From positions 41,933 through 105,932 of the forward strand of contig JAIEMW010000004.1 in the NCBI GenBank assembly GCA_019751815.1: a stretch of DNA of 64,000 nucleotides, written 5' to 3'. This DNA comes from Cyanobacteriota bacterium (GTDB lineage Bacteria; Cyanobacteriota; Vampirovibrionia; Vampirovibrionales; Vampirovibrionaceae). This document shows positions 47,603 to 57,467 of this stretch, piece after piece. The notes beneath the pieces were generated by a model that ran no database searches, was not told where the DNA came from, and saw nothing but the letters and a program-made list of their open reading frames with translations. Every line of letters begins with the position of its first letter. The first letter of the stretch is position 1. The translations under genes and the position numbers were made by a program.

Positions 47603-48235
47603 AGTCGGCCAGATCGTCGTGCTATCAGAAAGAGATTCTTCTGTGTTAGCCCACTCTAAAATGGCTTCCTGAAAGTTAGCGCCTCGCAAATCTGCCCCCA
47701 CGAAGTTGGCATCTTGGAGTTCCGCTTTGCAAAAACTAGCCAAAGAGAGCTGTGCCTCTTCAAAAGAAGCGGTCTTCCCGCAAACTCCGGTAAAATTGGC
47801 TTCTGAACAGTCACTATTGTTAAAATGGGCGCCTGTCAGATTGGCAAAAGACCAATTGGATTCTTGAGCAAGCGCCATAAAAAAATCCGTCTCGACGCAA
47901 GAGGCGTGCATGAAAGAAGTCATCACCAGAGAAGCATCTGCCAGATAAGCCCGGTCCAGACATGCCTCAGTTAAATTGGCATTACTGAAGTTAACACCTG
48001 CGAGATCTTGGTCAGCAAAATCAAAACCACTGAGATCCACAGGGGCATATGCCGCATCTTGACGAAGTTGGTTAAAGGCCGCCACACCCTGTTCTCGCAG
48101 TACACGGTAGAGTAGTTCGGCCTCAGTAGGCTCTTGGGGTATATTTTTTGAAGGCATAGAAGACATATGGGTGTATCCACAGGAAGAAACAAAAAACAGC
48201 AACGAGCAAAGAACAGCAACGAACATTATAAGCAC
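47591..48235 (-). CDS. pentapeptide-repeat lipoprotein
   Basis: Lipobox VSSCG after a signal peptide. Tandem A(D/N)LxxANF-type pentapeptide repeats over ~120 aa. Confidence 0.7.
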   Translation of the reverse strand: MLIMFVAVLCSLLFFVSSCGYTHMSSMPSKNIPQEPTEAELLYRVLREQGVAAFNQLRQDAAYAPVDLSGFDFADQDLAGVNFSNANLTEACLDRAYLADASLVMTSFMHASCVETDFFMALAQESNWSFANLTGAHFNNSDCSEANFTGVCGKTASFEEAQLSLASFCKAELQDANFVGADLRGANFQEAILEWANTEESLSDSTTIWPTSNV

Positions 48236-48333
48236 ATACCAACAAACGCTAGCAATAAATTCTGGCTATTTTTATCCATTTCTCGCATAATCAGGCTGTA
48301 AGTCACGAGTACACTGACAGTAAGGTCTTTGCC

Positions 48334-50733
48334 ATGTCTTTTCCTCCTTCCAACACCTTAGAACTCTCCAGCGATATGATTAGGCGCTTGCAGCAGCTCA
48401 ACATTCGCGAAGGGGAATACCGCAAAATATGCAACCACCTGGGCAGGCAACCGAATGAGAATGAATTGGGAATGTTCAGTGTCTTGTGGAGTGAGCACTG
48501 TTGCTACAAACACACCAAGCATTTGCTAAAAACACTGCCAACACAAGGAAAGCGTGTTGTGCAAGGCCCGGGAGAAAATGCCGGCGTGGTTGATATTGGA
48601 GATAACATCCAAATTGCTTTTAAAATCGAGAGTCACAACCATCCAACGGCTGTAGAGCCCTTTCAAGGAGCTGCGACTGGCGTGGGAGGTATTCTCAGAG
48701 ATATCTTCACGATGAATGCTCGACCCATCGCCCTGCTCAATAGTTTACGCTTCGGCCCAGCAAGAAGAGAGCCTGGTGTTTCCATTACCCAGACTGAGAG
48801 AAACCAATATCTACTCAGTCAAGCGGTCTCTGGGATTGCCCATTACGGAAACTGTGTTGGGGTTCCCACCATTGGAGGGGAGTTGTTTTTAGATCCCTCC
48901 TACTCGGAAAACCCTCTGGTCAATGTGCTTGCAGCCGGTGTTGTTTATGACAACAACCTGATGCCCTCTGGAGCAAAAGGGATAGGAAATCCTGTACTCT
49001 ATGCAGGTTCTGCTACTGGGAAAGACGGCATGGGCGGGGCGGCTTTTGCCAGCAAGGAATTGGATGAAAACAGTAATGAAGACCGACCTGCGGTGCAGGT
49101 AGGCGACCCCTTTGCTGAAAAGCTCCTAATTGAGGCGTGCCTCGAAGCATTCCAAAGTGGCTGGATCGTCTCTGCGCAAGATATGGGAGCCGCTGGACTT
49201 ACTTGTGCCACGGCCGAGATGGCCAGTAAGGGCGATATGGGTATGACCTTGGATCTCGACAAAGTGCCTGCCAGAGAACCAGGGATGAAGGCCCATGAAT
49301 ATCTTCTCTCTGAATCGCAAGAGCGGATGCTGTTGGTAGTAGAAGCGGGCCATGAAGCGGACGTCATCGCTATTTTTGACCGCTGGGCTGTCCCCACCGC
49401 ACTGGTTGGTGAAGTCACCGACAACGGGCGGGTGGTGATCACCCACCATCAAGAGACCGTGGTAGACCTTCCCGCAAAACTGCTTACTGACCTTGCCCCC
49501 AGTTACGGCAGTACAGAAAGACCCTTAGAGCCTGAATTTGCCAAACAGCGCCGAGAAGCGTCTCCTGATGAAGGGATTCCTGATCTTCAGAGCGATGAAG
49601 ATATCACCCACTGGGCAAAGACGCTCCTTACTCAGCCCAATATCGCTCCTGCACAATCCATTTTCCAGCAGTATGACCGGCACGTACAAAACGGGACACT
49701 CCTTTCTTCAGAACACAATAGTGCTGGGGTTATTCGGGTCCGTCAGAAAAATCAGCATCACAGTGGAAAGGCCATTGCACTGTCTACAGATTGCAACCCC
49801 CGATTCGTCTTCTTAGAGCCCTTTAAAGGGACCTTGAGTGCGGTCAGTGAAGCCTACCGAAACCTGATTTCAGTGGGTGCAGAGCCCATTGCGGTTACCA
49901 ATAACCTGAATTTTGGGAATCCTGAGAAGCCAGACGTTGCTTATCAGCTTTATTTCTCGGTTCTGGGTCTGAAAGATGCATGCCAAGTATTTGACACCCC
50001 TGTAACCGGCGGTAATGTCAGCTTGTACAACGAGTATATCGACCGACAATCACCCGAATCTGAGCTAAAAGCCATTCTGCCCACGCCCGTTATTGGGATG
50101 CTAGGGTTATTAGAGGACGATACCCGAGTGATATCCCCTTGGTTTAAGCAGGTAGGAGACCGAGTTGCCCTTGTCGGCCGTTTTATGCCTTCCTTGGCTG
50201 GTTCCGAGTATCAGGTGCTGCGACGAGAAAACCGTATTCAAGGCTCCCCTCCAAGTGTTTCCTTGAATGATGAGCGACTCCTCGGACAATGGGTACTGGG
50301 GCTCATTCAGCAGAAAAGCGTCCACTCTGTGCAGGATTTGTCACTGGGGGGTTTACTGATCACCCTGATAGAATGCTCTCTGCTCAAAGGTAGTCATATA
50401 AATTCGCTCGCCCCTGCCAAGCTTGGGCTTACGTTGGACTCGACACCCTTTGAAACGTTGCTAAAGGCTACCGGAAGGCTGGACACCTGCTTGTTTGGGG
50501 AGACCAACGGGTGCTATTTAATTTCCTATGACCCGACGATGGAAGAAGCCCTCCAGACCAGTTGGGCACAGGAGATTACCAGTGACCCCTTACATAAAAC
50601 CCAGGCGGGCTTTTACCCCCTTGGCAGCTTAAATGATACCGGTGTGATTTCATGTAAATCCTCATCTGGGTCATGGCAGCTCGATATGGCCCATCTCAGT
50701 CCAAGTAAGGAAACCACCTCAACGAATGTCTGA
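48334..50733 (+). CDS. purL: phosphoribosylformylglycinamidine synthase subunit PurL (FGAM synthase II)
   Basis: Split (small) PurL form with duplicated AIR-synthase-like domains. Conserved blocks throughout (799 aa). Confidence 0.9.
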   Translation: MSFPPSNTLELSSDMIRRLQQLNIREGEYRKICNHLGRQPNENELGMFSVLWSEHCCYKHTKHLLKTLPTQGKRVVQGPGENAGVVDIGDNIQIAFKIESHNHPTAVEPFQGAATGVGGILRDIFTMNARPIALLNSLRFGPARREPGVSITQTERNQYLLSQAVSGIAHYGNCVGVPTIGGELFLDPSYSENPLVNVLAAGVVYDNNLMPSGAKGIGNPVLYAGSATGKDGMGGAAFASKELDENSNEDRPAVQVGDPFAEKLLIEACLEAFQSGWIVSAQDMGAAGLTCATAEMASKGDMGMTLDLDKVPAREPGMKAHEYLLSESQERMLLVVEAGHEADVIAIFDRWAVPTALVGEVTDNGRVVITHHQETVVDLPAKLLTDLAPSYGSTERPLEPEFAKQRREASPDEGIPDLQSDEDITHWAKTLLTQPNIAPAQSIFQQYDRHVQNGTLLSSEHNSAGVIRVRQKNQHHSGKAIALSTDCNPRFVFLEPFKGTLSAVSEAYRNLISVGAEPIAVTNNLNFGNPEKPDVAYQLYFSVLGLKDACQVFDTPVTGGNVSLYNEYIDRQSPESELKAILPTPVIGMLGLLEDDTRVISPWFKQVGDRVALVGRFMPSLAGSEYQVLRRENRIQGSPPSVSLNDERLLGQWVLGLIQQKSVHSVQDLSLGGLLITLIECSLLKGSHINSLAPAKLGLTLDSTPFETLLKATGRLDTCLFGETNGCYLISYDPTMEEALQTSWAQEITSDPLHKTQAGFYPLGSLNDTGVISCKSSSGSWQLDMAHLSPSKETTSTNV

Positions 50734-52258
50734 TGTTTTAAACAATCTGCCGCTAAAAACCGGCTTGAGAGAAGCCTGCGGGGTCTTTGGGATTCTGCTA
50801 CCTGAGCAAACCCGTGATAATACTGCCACACCGGGAACCAAACCCTTTGCTACTGCACCCTTTACCACGGCGATAGGTCACAATATCTATTACGGTCTCT
50901 ACGCGCTACAACACCGCGGCCAAGAGAGCTGTGGGATGGCCGTTTTTGATCACGATCAACTCCGTATTCATAAGGATATGGGACTGGTGAACCAGGTTTT
51001 TACTCAAGCCTTACTGGACAAAATGACTGGGCAGGTCGGTATTGGCCACACCCGCTATTCCACAACGGGGAGTAGCACACTGGAAAACGCACAACCTGTC
51101 GTGGTTCGCTCTTCTTACGGGGCCATTACTGTTGCTCACAATGGGAATTTAACCAATGCCCACGCACTGGCTACCTTCTTAAACAATGCGGGTTATCCCC
51201 CTCTGGGTGACAGTGACAGCCACCTGATGGCAGAACGTATTCGCTATGAACTGGATAAGCAACGACTGCTGCCCCATGCCACAGAACATTCTCGATTAAT
51301 CGAAGCGGTCAGACTGGCCTTATCCGAGTGCCAAGGTGCTTTTTCGGTGGTGATCGCCACAGGAGACACCTTGATTGCCGCTAGAGATCCCAATGGGTTT
51401 CGTCCCTTCTGCCGGGGTGTGATGCCAGGAGGGGTTGCCATTCTTGCTTCAGAAACCTGTGCATTGGATATTGTTGGCGCTGAATTCGTCTGTGACATTC
51501 AACCAGGTGAATTATGGTGGATCAACCGCAGCGGAGAAAGTGGTTCTGAACGGATTTCACCTGACGCTGCAGCCAATGGCTGTGTATTTGAATTGGTTTA
51601 TTTCGCCCGACCTGACAGTCGTTTTCAGCATAATGAAACAGAATCACGCAGTATTTATACCTACAGATTGGCCATGGGAAAACGCCTGGCTGAAATAAGT
51701 CCCCCTGTTGAAGCTGATTTTGTCATCCCCGTACCGGATTCTGGTAATGTGGCAGCGGTTGGATACAGTCAAGCATCTGGTATCCCCTATATGGAAGGGC
51801 TGATTAAAAACCGTTATGTGGGTCGAACGTTTATTCACCCAACGCAAGAGCTTCGACAAAGAGGGATTCAGCTAAAGTTAAACCCTCTCACGGATGTTCT
51901 CAAGGGGAAACGCGTGGTTGTGGTGGATGATTCCATTGTTCGAGGGAATACCAGTCAAAAAATTGTTCAAATGCTTAGAGCATCAGGCGTCACTGAGGTT
52001 CATCTACGGATTTCCTCCCCACCAGTCAAACATCCCTGCTTTTACGGCATAGATATGTCTCACCCCTCAGAGCTATTGGCCAATCAGATGACACTGCCCG
52101 AGATTCAGGCTTGGCTAGGCGTAGAAAGCTTGACTTATCTTGGGGTAGAGGACTTACGGGCAATTGCCAATATTGAAGCTCCCTGCATGGCCTGCTTTAA
52201 CAACCATTACCCTGCCGGAAAGATAGAAGAACCAGACTTTCAAACACTCGGTCTCTGA
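50726..52258 (+). CDS. purF: amidophosphoribosyltransferase
   Basis: 17-aa propeptide, then catalytic CGVFGI. PRTase domain. C-terminal 4Fe-4S cysteines (CMACFNNHYP). Overlaps the purL stop by 8 nt. Confidence 0.9.
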   Translation: MSDVLNNLPLKTGLREACGVFGILLPEQTRDNTATPGTKPFATAPFTTAIGHNIYYGLYALQHRGQESCGMAVFDHDQLRIHKDMGLVNQVFTQALLDKMTGQVGIGHTRYSTTGSSTLENAQPVVVRSSYGAITVAHNGNLTNAHALATFLNNAGYPPLGDSDSHLMAERIRYELDKQRLLPHATEHSRLIEAVRLALSECQGAFSVVIATGDTLIAARDPNGFRPFCRGVMPGGVAILASETCALDIVGAEFVCDIQPGELWWINRSGESGSERISPDAAANGCVFELVYFARPDSRFQHNETESRSIYTYRLAMGKRLAEISPPVEADFVIPVPDSGNVAAVGYSQASGIPYMEGLIKNRYVGRTFIHPTQELRQRGIQLKLNPLTDVLKGKRVVVVDDSIVRGNTSQKIVQMLRASGVTEVHLRISSPPVKHPCFYGIDMSHPSELLANQMTLPEIQAWLGVESLTYLGVEDLRAIANIEAPCMACFNNHYPAGKIEEPDFQTLGL

Positions 52259-52381
52259 TCCGGTACTGCACCGGAGAATTCATTTGGCTCGCCATTATCT
52301 CTCTTGCTCTCTTTTTGCTACAATAACCCCGTTCAATGATATCTTTTTTGTGTGTGATTAAATTTGAGTGAGCCTTTTTGA

Positions 52382-52882
52382 ATGAGCATAATAAGCCCAT
52401 TATCTGCGAACCGCCTTGACTTGGGACCGTCCCCTTTATCCAAACGCCATCTGCCTGAGTTTACGGGTAGTTTTCTCAACATCCCGATTAAAACCGATAC
52501 GGATACCGTTTTTTCTCATCAGGCCAAGGCAGAAGCTTATGCCCGCCAAGAGGCCACACACCCACCTAATGAATGGGAACCACCGAAGACACCAGCGTTT
52601 ATGAGCATTCCTGATAATGCCAACGGTACTACACTAGAAGTACTGAAAAGACTCCTTCAGCATATTAAGGACCGTTTTCCTGGCGCCACTGGCAATATTC
52701 GTACCTATCAATCCAGAGACGGCAAACCCATGGCCCGCATGGATACCTCACACCGGCTAGAAGAGAGCCCTGAAGGAATTATTGATATGCAATACATCGA
52801 CCGGGGACTAGCAGGTGCCCTTACCAACCATGGGATTCCCTTTCGATATTTAGGGAACTATCTCGAAGATTCTGGATCATGA
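52382..52882 (+). CDS. hypothetical protein
   Basis: 166-aa ORF with no recognised motifs. Confidence 0.4.
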   Translation: MSIISPLSANRLDLGPSPLSKRHLPEFTGSFLNIPIKTDTDTVFSHQAKAEAYARQEATHPPNEWEPPKTPAFMSIPDNANGTTLEVLKRLLQHIKDRFPGATGNIRTYQSRDGKPMARMDTSHRLEESPEGIIDMQYIDRGLAGALTNHGIPFRYLGNYLEDSGS

Positions 52883-52894
52883 CCGGAGCATGAT

Positions 52895-53350
52895 ATGATT
52901 GCAGGCATTCAAGATTCTATGATCTGGTGGGCGAATGGCTATCACCGGCCGGCGCAAGACCAACGAACCATGTCAGGGCGGGAACGCAGCAGCATTAAGT
53001 TGGCCCCTACGGGTGGCTGTGTTGGTTCTCATTCTTTGAGAGTGGTCCATTTCGGTTCACTCTCCCCATCGAGTAATCCCAGTGACAGAGAGAGCGAGCA
53101 AACCACTGTGCTAAACCCCAGCCCCTTTAGTAACTCAGAACCTGAACCGCCACCAGACTCCCTCGAAAACCCGAAAAACGCCCTGCTCGGGCTGATCGAT
53201 TTTCTCCATGCCCAAGCGGTTGAGCAAGGCAAAGCCTGCTATACCGACCCGCTCAGTGGCTATCAGGTGATGACCCGTGATTCTTTGGCAAAGCGCGGGT
53301 ATTGCTGCAAATCGGGATGTCGTCACTGCCCCTGGGGCTTTACCCGATAA
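52895..53350 (+). CDS. hypothetical protein with a C-terminal Cys cluster (DUF5522-like CCKSGCRHCPWGF)
   Basis: Disordered N-terminal ~100 aa, then YQVMTRDSLAKRGYCCKSGCRHCPWGF. The family is recalled from memory only. Confidence 0.4.
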   Translation: MIAGIQDSMIWWANGYHRPAQDQRTMSGRERSSIKLAPTGGCVGSHSLRVVHFGSLSPSSNPSDRESEQTTVLNPSPFSNSEPEPPPDSLENPKNALLGLIDFLHAQAVEQGKACYTDPLSGYQVMTRDSLAKRGYCCKSGCRHCPWGFTR

Positions 53351-53352
53351 TA

Positions 53353-53979
53353 TTATTTCGATTCATTCTCAGCGGGTTGAGGGCTGGGAGTAAGTGCTGG
53401 CTCTGTCTTTACTGATGTCGCGGGTGCTGCCAGGGGATCAATCACCCCATACGTGCCCACGCCACCGAATTTAATGTTATCCAGCTTCTCGCTTAATGTT
53501 TTCACCAGACGAAGCGCCGTGGTTTGGACATTGTTAGAACTAGGTATCTGGTAAGAGACAAGGGGGTTGCGACGAGGCGATTTCACATGCACCATCAGCT
53601 TGGTACAGCGTCGGATGCCGGCACAATCAATATGAACCTGCACATCGGCATCATCAAATTTTCTAACCAACTCCATCTTGCCTGATTCGGCCATATATTT
53701 GTCCAAGTATTGATAAAAGAGGGTCTGCTTTTCGGGGACTATCGGGAAACCAAAAATCACATTGGGTGGGTAGTCTTTACTGAAAAAGAAGATATGCGTT
53801 TTTTTCAACGGGGCCGCTGGTGTGTCTTCTGCCAGCGTCTGTGCAACGGGTGCCAGTAAAGCAACGAGACAGGAGAGAAGCGTCAAAAGACGCAGCCCGT
53901 GAAACGTCGCAAACCGGGAAGTCGGCAGAGCGGAGGTAAGCTGTTTCATGGCAGGCTGTTTCATGGCAATCTCTCTCAT
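53353..53979 (-). CDS. secreted hypothetical protein
   Basis: Signal peptide (LLTLLSCLVALLAPVAQTLA). The start region contains a 15-bp tandem duplication encoding MKQPA-MKQ. Confidence 0.45.
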   Translation of the reverse strand: MREIAMKQPAMKQLTSALPTSRFATFHGLRLLTLLSCLVALLAPVAQTLAEDTPAAPLKKTHIFFFSKDYPPNVIFGFPIVPEKQTLFYQYLDKYMAESGKMELVRKFDDADVQVHIDCAGIRRCTKLMVHVKSPRRNPLVSYQIPSSNNVQTTALRLVKTLSEKLDNIKFGGVGTYGVIDPLAAPATSVKTEPALTPSPQPAENESK

Positions 53980-54039
53980 TTCCTAAGCGAACTATTGCTC
54001 CATTATAAAACAGGCTGAGCCTTTTAGCGTGTGAAGGAT

Positions 54040-54969
54040 TTAATTAAGCAAGTTTTTAGTCACGTTTTTGGATGCAAAACATTGTTCTAACAGCCCGGCA
54101 ATCTTCGTTTCCAGTCCAACGGGCATAAAGTGAAAGCCCGCACTATAAGGCGCCAGCGCAGCCACCAACTCCTGGCAAAAGGCAAAACTTTCTTGCAGGG
54201 GATCAGTCGCACCCTCAAGTCGCGCAATCACCGACTCAGGCACATCAATCCCTGCAATACTCTGATTCATCATTCGCGCCATTTCTGGATTTTTGAGCGG
54301 GATAATACCAATCAACACAGGGGGCACAGCACAGCCTAGTCTGTCACAGACAGTCTCTAGCTGTTCATTCATCGCCAGAACCGTATTAACATCATACACC
54401 GGTTGGGTCTGGAAAAACTGTACGCCACGTTCCAGCTTTTGAGCCAGCCGCAATTGCTGGGCATGCTTGTTTAAACGCAGTGGATTCAGGGCTGCCCCCA
54501 CTGTAAATTGAGTACCACTCTTCTTGAGCGCCTTTCCTGTGGCATCGTCGCCTCGGTTTAACGCCTGAATCAATTCTAGTAGCCGAATAGATTCCAAATG
54601 GAACACCTGCTGGGCCAAATCTTTGTGATCCCCAACCTGAACCGGGTCTCCAGTCAGCGCCAGCACGTTTCGCAAACCAAGCGCATAGGCACCCATCAAA
54701 TCAGCTTGCAGTGCCAACAAATTGCGGTCTCTGCACGTTAATTGCCACACTGTGTCCACGCCGGTCTCATCTTGAATCAGCTTTGCCGCTGCCAAAGAAC
54801 TCATCTTGAGAATGGACCGCTGACAGTCGGGCACATTAATGGCATCGACCCAAGGTTTTAAATCCAACACCCGCTGAAGCATGAATCCCATATCCGTCCC
54901 CTTTGGGGGTGAGAGTTCCACGGTGACCACGGGTCGTGTGTGGTGGTTTAGGATGCCTGCAAACGTCAT
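54040..54969 (-). CDS. metF: methylenetetrahydrofolate reductase
   Basis: MTHFR family with the VELSPPKGTD start of the barrel and conserved FAD-binding blocks. The ATG at 54969 is chosen. The longer TTG ORF (55002) would overlap gatA. Confidence 0.8.
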   Translation of the reverse strand: MTFAGILNHHTRPVVTVELSPPKGTDMGFMLQRVLDLKPWVDAINVPDCQRSILKMSSLAAAKLIQDETGVDTVWQLTCRDRNLLALQADLMGAYALGLRNVLALTGDPVQVGDHKDLAQQVFHLESIRLLELIQALNRGDDATGKALKKSGTQFTVGAALNPLRLNKHAQQLRLAQKLERGVQFFQTQPVYDVNTVLAMNEQLETVCDRLGCAVPPVLIGIIPLKNPEMARMMNQSIAGIDVPESVIARLEGATDPLQESFAFCQELVAALAPYSAGFHFMPVGLETKIAGLLEQCFASKNVTKNLLN

Positions 54970-54979
54970 TGCCGAATTA

Positions 54980-56458
54980 CTACTGTGCCACTGTCTGTGC
55001 AAGTGCTGGTGGCAGTAAGTGGTGGTAACCCGTCACTTGTTCAATCGCCCGAGCGACCTGAAAAATTTTGTTTTCAGAAAGACGAGGGCCTAAAATTTGC
55101 AGTCCCATAGGCAACCCGGATTTATCGAATCCAGAAGGAATACTAATAGCAGGGATTCCGGCTAAATTTACAGGGATTGTGGCGATATCAGAGAGGTACA
55201 TGCTGAGCGGGTCAGATGCTTTTTCCCCAATCTTGAACGCCGTAGTCGGCGACGTGGGACAAATTAACAAGTCGACTTGACCGTAGGCTTCTTGAAACTG
55301 CTTACGCAGCAATGCTCGTGCACGTTGGGCCTTACCGTAATAAGCATCGTAGTAACCAGAGCTGAGACAGAAGGTCCCAAGCATAATTCTTCGGGTCACT
55401 TCAGGGCCAAAGCCTTCTGCTCTGGTTTTACGGTACATGGCATGGACATCTCCGGTTGTTTTTTTACGTTGACCGTAACGAACACCATCAAAACGGGCGA
55501 GATTAGAGCTTGCTTCTGCCGTTGCAACAATATAATAGGCAGCTATGGCAGGCTGAATCCCTGACATCGAAATTGTCTGGATACTGGCACCCAATTGTTT
55601 TTGGCACAACTCGATCATTTGGGCAAAATTTTCAGCCACTTCGGGCTGCATCCCTTCACCATTTAGCTCTTGAATCACCCCAATACGAAGGTTACTGGGC
55701 AACTGTTCAAGAGTGGTCAAGTAATCAGGGGTCTCTGTTTTGAGTGTGGTTGAATCCAACGGGTCAAACCCAGCGATTAGTTGAAGTAACGCCGCCGCAT
55801 CTGCCACATCACCGGCAAATGGGCTGATCTGATCCAAACTGCTGCCAAAGGCCACCAGCCCGTAGCGAGAAACCAGTCCGTATGTTGGCTTCATCCCAAC
55901 CAGTCCGCACAGTGAGGCAGGTTGGCGAACACTTCCGCCTGTGTCAGAACCAAGAGATAAAGGCACCATTGCCCCAGCGACAGCCGCAGCTGACCCCCCT
56001 GAGCTCCCACCTGGGACACAATGATGATTCCAAGGGTTTCGTGTCACCTTCAAGGCACTATTTTCTGTGGAACTCCCCATCGCAAACTCATCCAAATTCG
56101 TCTTACCGACGATGGGCAGTCCAGCCGTCTTAATTTTTTCAATGACTGTGGCATTATACGGAGAGATATACCCGGTTAAAATATTGCTGGCACAGGTAGT
56201 TGGCATGCCAGTGACGTTAATATTATCTTTAATCGCGATTGGCACACCTGCTAGTAGAGGCAATGTTTCTCCTGCAGAAACTTTGGCATCAACAGCAGCG
56301 GCTTCTGCCAAAGCTGTTTCGCCATGTACGGACAAGAAAGCGCCAATATCTAAATCTTGCTGAGCAATTGCCTGAAGTGATTGCTTCAGCACACTGACTG
56401 CGGTTATTTTACCTTCTTGTATCTGACGGTGAATTTCTAGCGCGCCCTGAAATGCCAC
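54980..56458 (-). CDS. gatA: Asp-tRNA(Asn)/Glu-tRNA(Gln) amidotransferase subunit A
   Basis: Amidase signature GGSSGGSAAAVA...GSDTGGSVRQPAS. GTG start with AAGGA at a 9-nt spacer. Confidence 0.9.
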   Translation of the reverse strand: MAFQGALEIHRQIQEGKITAVSVLKQSLQAIAQQDLDIGAFLSVHGETALAEAAAVDAKVSAGETLPLLAGVPIAIKDNINVTGMPTTCASNILTGYISPYNATVIEKIKTAGLPIVGKTNLDEFAMGSSTENSALKVTRNPWNHHCVPGGSSGGSAAAVAGAMVPLSLGSDTGGSVRQPASLCGLVGMKPTYGLVSRYGLVAFGSSLDQISPFAGDVADAAALLQLIAGFDPLDSTTLKTETPDYLTTLEQLPSNLRIGVIQELNGEGMQPEVAENFAQMIELCQKQLGASIQTISMSGIQPAIAAYYIVATAEASSNLARFDGVRYGQRKKTTGDVHAMYRKTRAEGFGPEVTRRIMLGTFCLSSGYYDAYYGKAQRARALLRKQFQEAYGQVDLLICPTSPTTAFKIGEKASDPLSMYLSDIATIPVNLAGIPAISIPSGFDKSGLPMGLQILGPRLSENKIFQVARAIEQVTGYHHLLPPALAQTVAQ

Positions 56459-56684
56459 AATGTTTGTCCTTCATCACGAGTATTATCTGAGTATTGTACC
56501 GTAAGCCAACAACGCTCCAGCACATGTGTTGATACATGGTGAGAGTATATCCAAAATATATAACGTATTGTAACAATTATGACGAGAGTCGTGCAAAACC
56601 GTCAATTTTTCCCGGTTTGCTGTTTTTTTATTATTAGAGGCACGTATATTTTCTCAGCACGGACTGAAGGGGTTTAGTAAAAAA

Positions 56685-56927
56685 ATGTCATCTCCCGCAG
56701 TAATTTGGCAACTTTCAAAGGATTATTTCAAGCGAAATAACCCGATTGAAACGCTCGCCAAAACCATGTTTGAGACAGCGTACAACCTCATTACCTTCAA
56801 CAGCAAAATGAAATTGCTGAAATACAAATTCATGCTGGCCCAACAACAGCTCAACAACATGGAGCAGTTTGTGGGTCAAAACCCGTATCAGGTCTCTAAA
56901 GGTTCGCGCTTCGACCGCGCTTACTAG
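56685..56927 (+). CDS. small hypothetical protein (80 aa, helical)
   Basis: ATG with a GAAGGGG RBS upstream. No family recognised. Confidence 0.35.
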   Translation: MSSPAVIWQLSKDYFKRNNPIETLAKTMFETAYNLITFNSKMKLLKYKFMLAQQQLNNMEQFVGQNPYQVSKGSRFDRAY

Positions 56928-57022
56928 ACAGAAAACCTGGTTTTTATTCCGTAAAACACAGTCAAAAACTCATTACTAGGGGAAGTCACAAACACAGAAA
57001 CCAAAGGGTGGATAGTTAGACC

Positions 57023-57358
57023 ATGGGGTTCGCAGCCAATCAGGCCAGATTATTGGCACTGGTCGCCAGAAACAGCGATCTTCAGTTGGAGATGCAATTC
57101 ATTAACCAGAGACGCATGGCCCTAGGGAACATGATCTCGGGCGTGATGGACTTGCAGTCCAATTTGGCTCCCGATTCGCAAGCCAGTAAGGTGTTGGATG
57201 CCAAAATCCGACAGCTTCAGCAGGCGGATAAACTGCTTGAGATGCACCTAAACACAGCGACATCGCAACAAAAAGCAGTGGATACCCAAATTGACGGTGT
57301 CAAACAGCTGATAGATAAAAACATTCAAAGAAGCTTTAGTTTCGGGGGCGGTCGTTAA
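57023..57358 (+). CDS. small hypothetical coiled-coil protein (111 aa)
   Basis: ATG with a GGTGGA RBS. Heptad-rich sequence ending in FSFGGGR. Confidence 0.4.
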   Translation: MGFAANQARLLALVARNSDLQLEMQFINQRRMALGNMISGVMDLQSNLAPDSQASKVLDAKIRQLQQADKLLEMHLNTATSQQKAVDTQIDGVKQLIDKNIQRSFSFGGGR

Positions 57359-57467
57359 ACCCGGCACAGCCTAAAGTAAACCAAAGCCACTTTGCGTAAA
57401 ACCTACCCAAGCCTGAAGATAAGAAGGCTTGGTAATTGGCGTTTCTTCTCACTATAATCTGTTGTTA

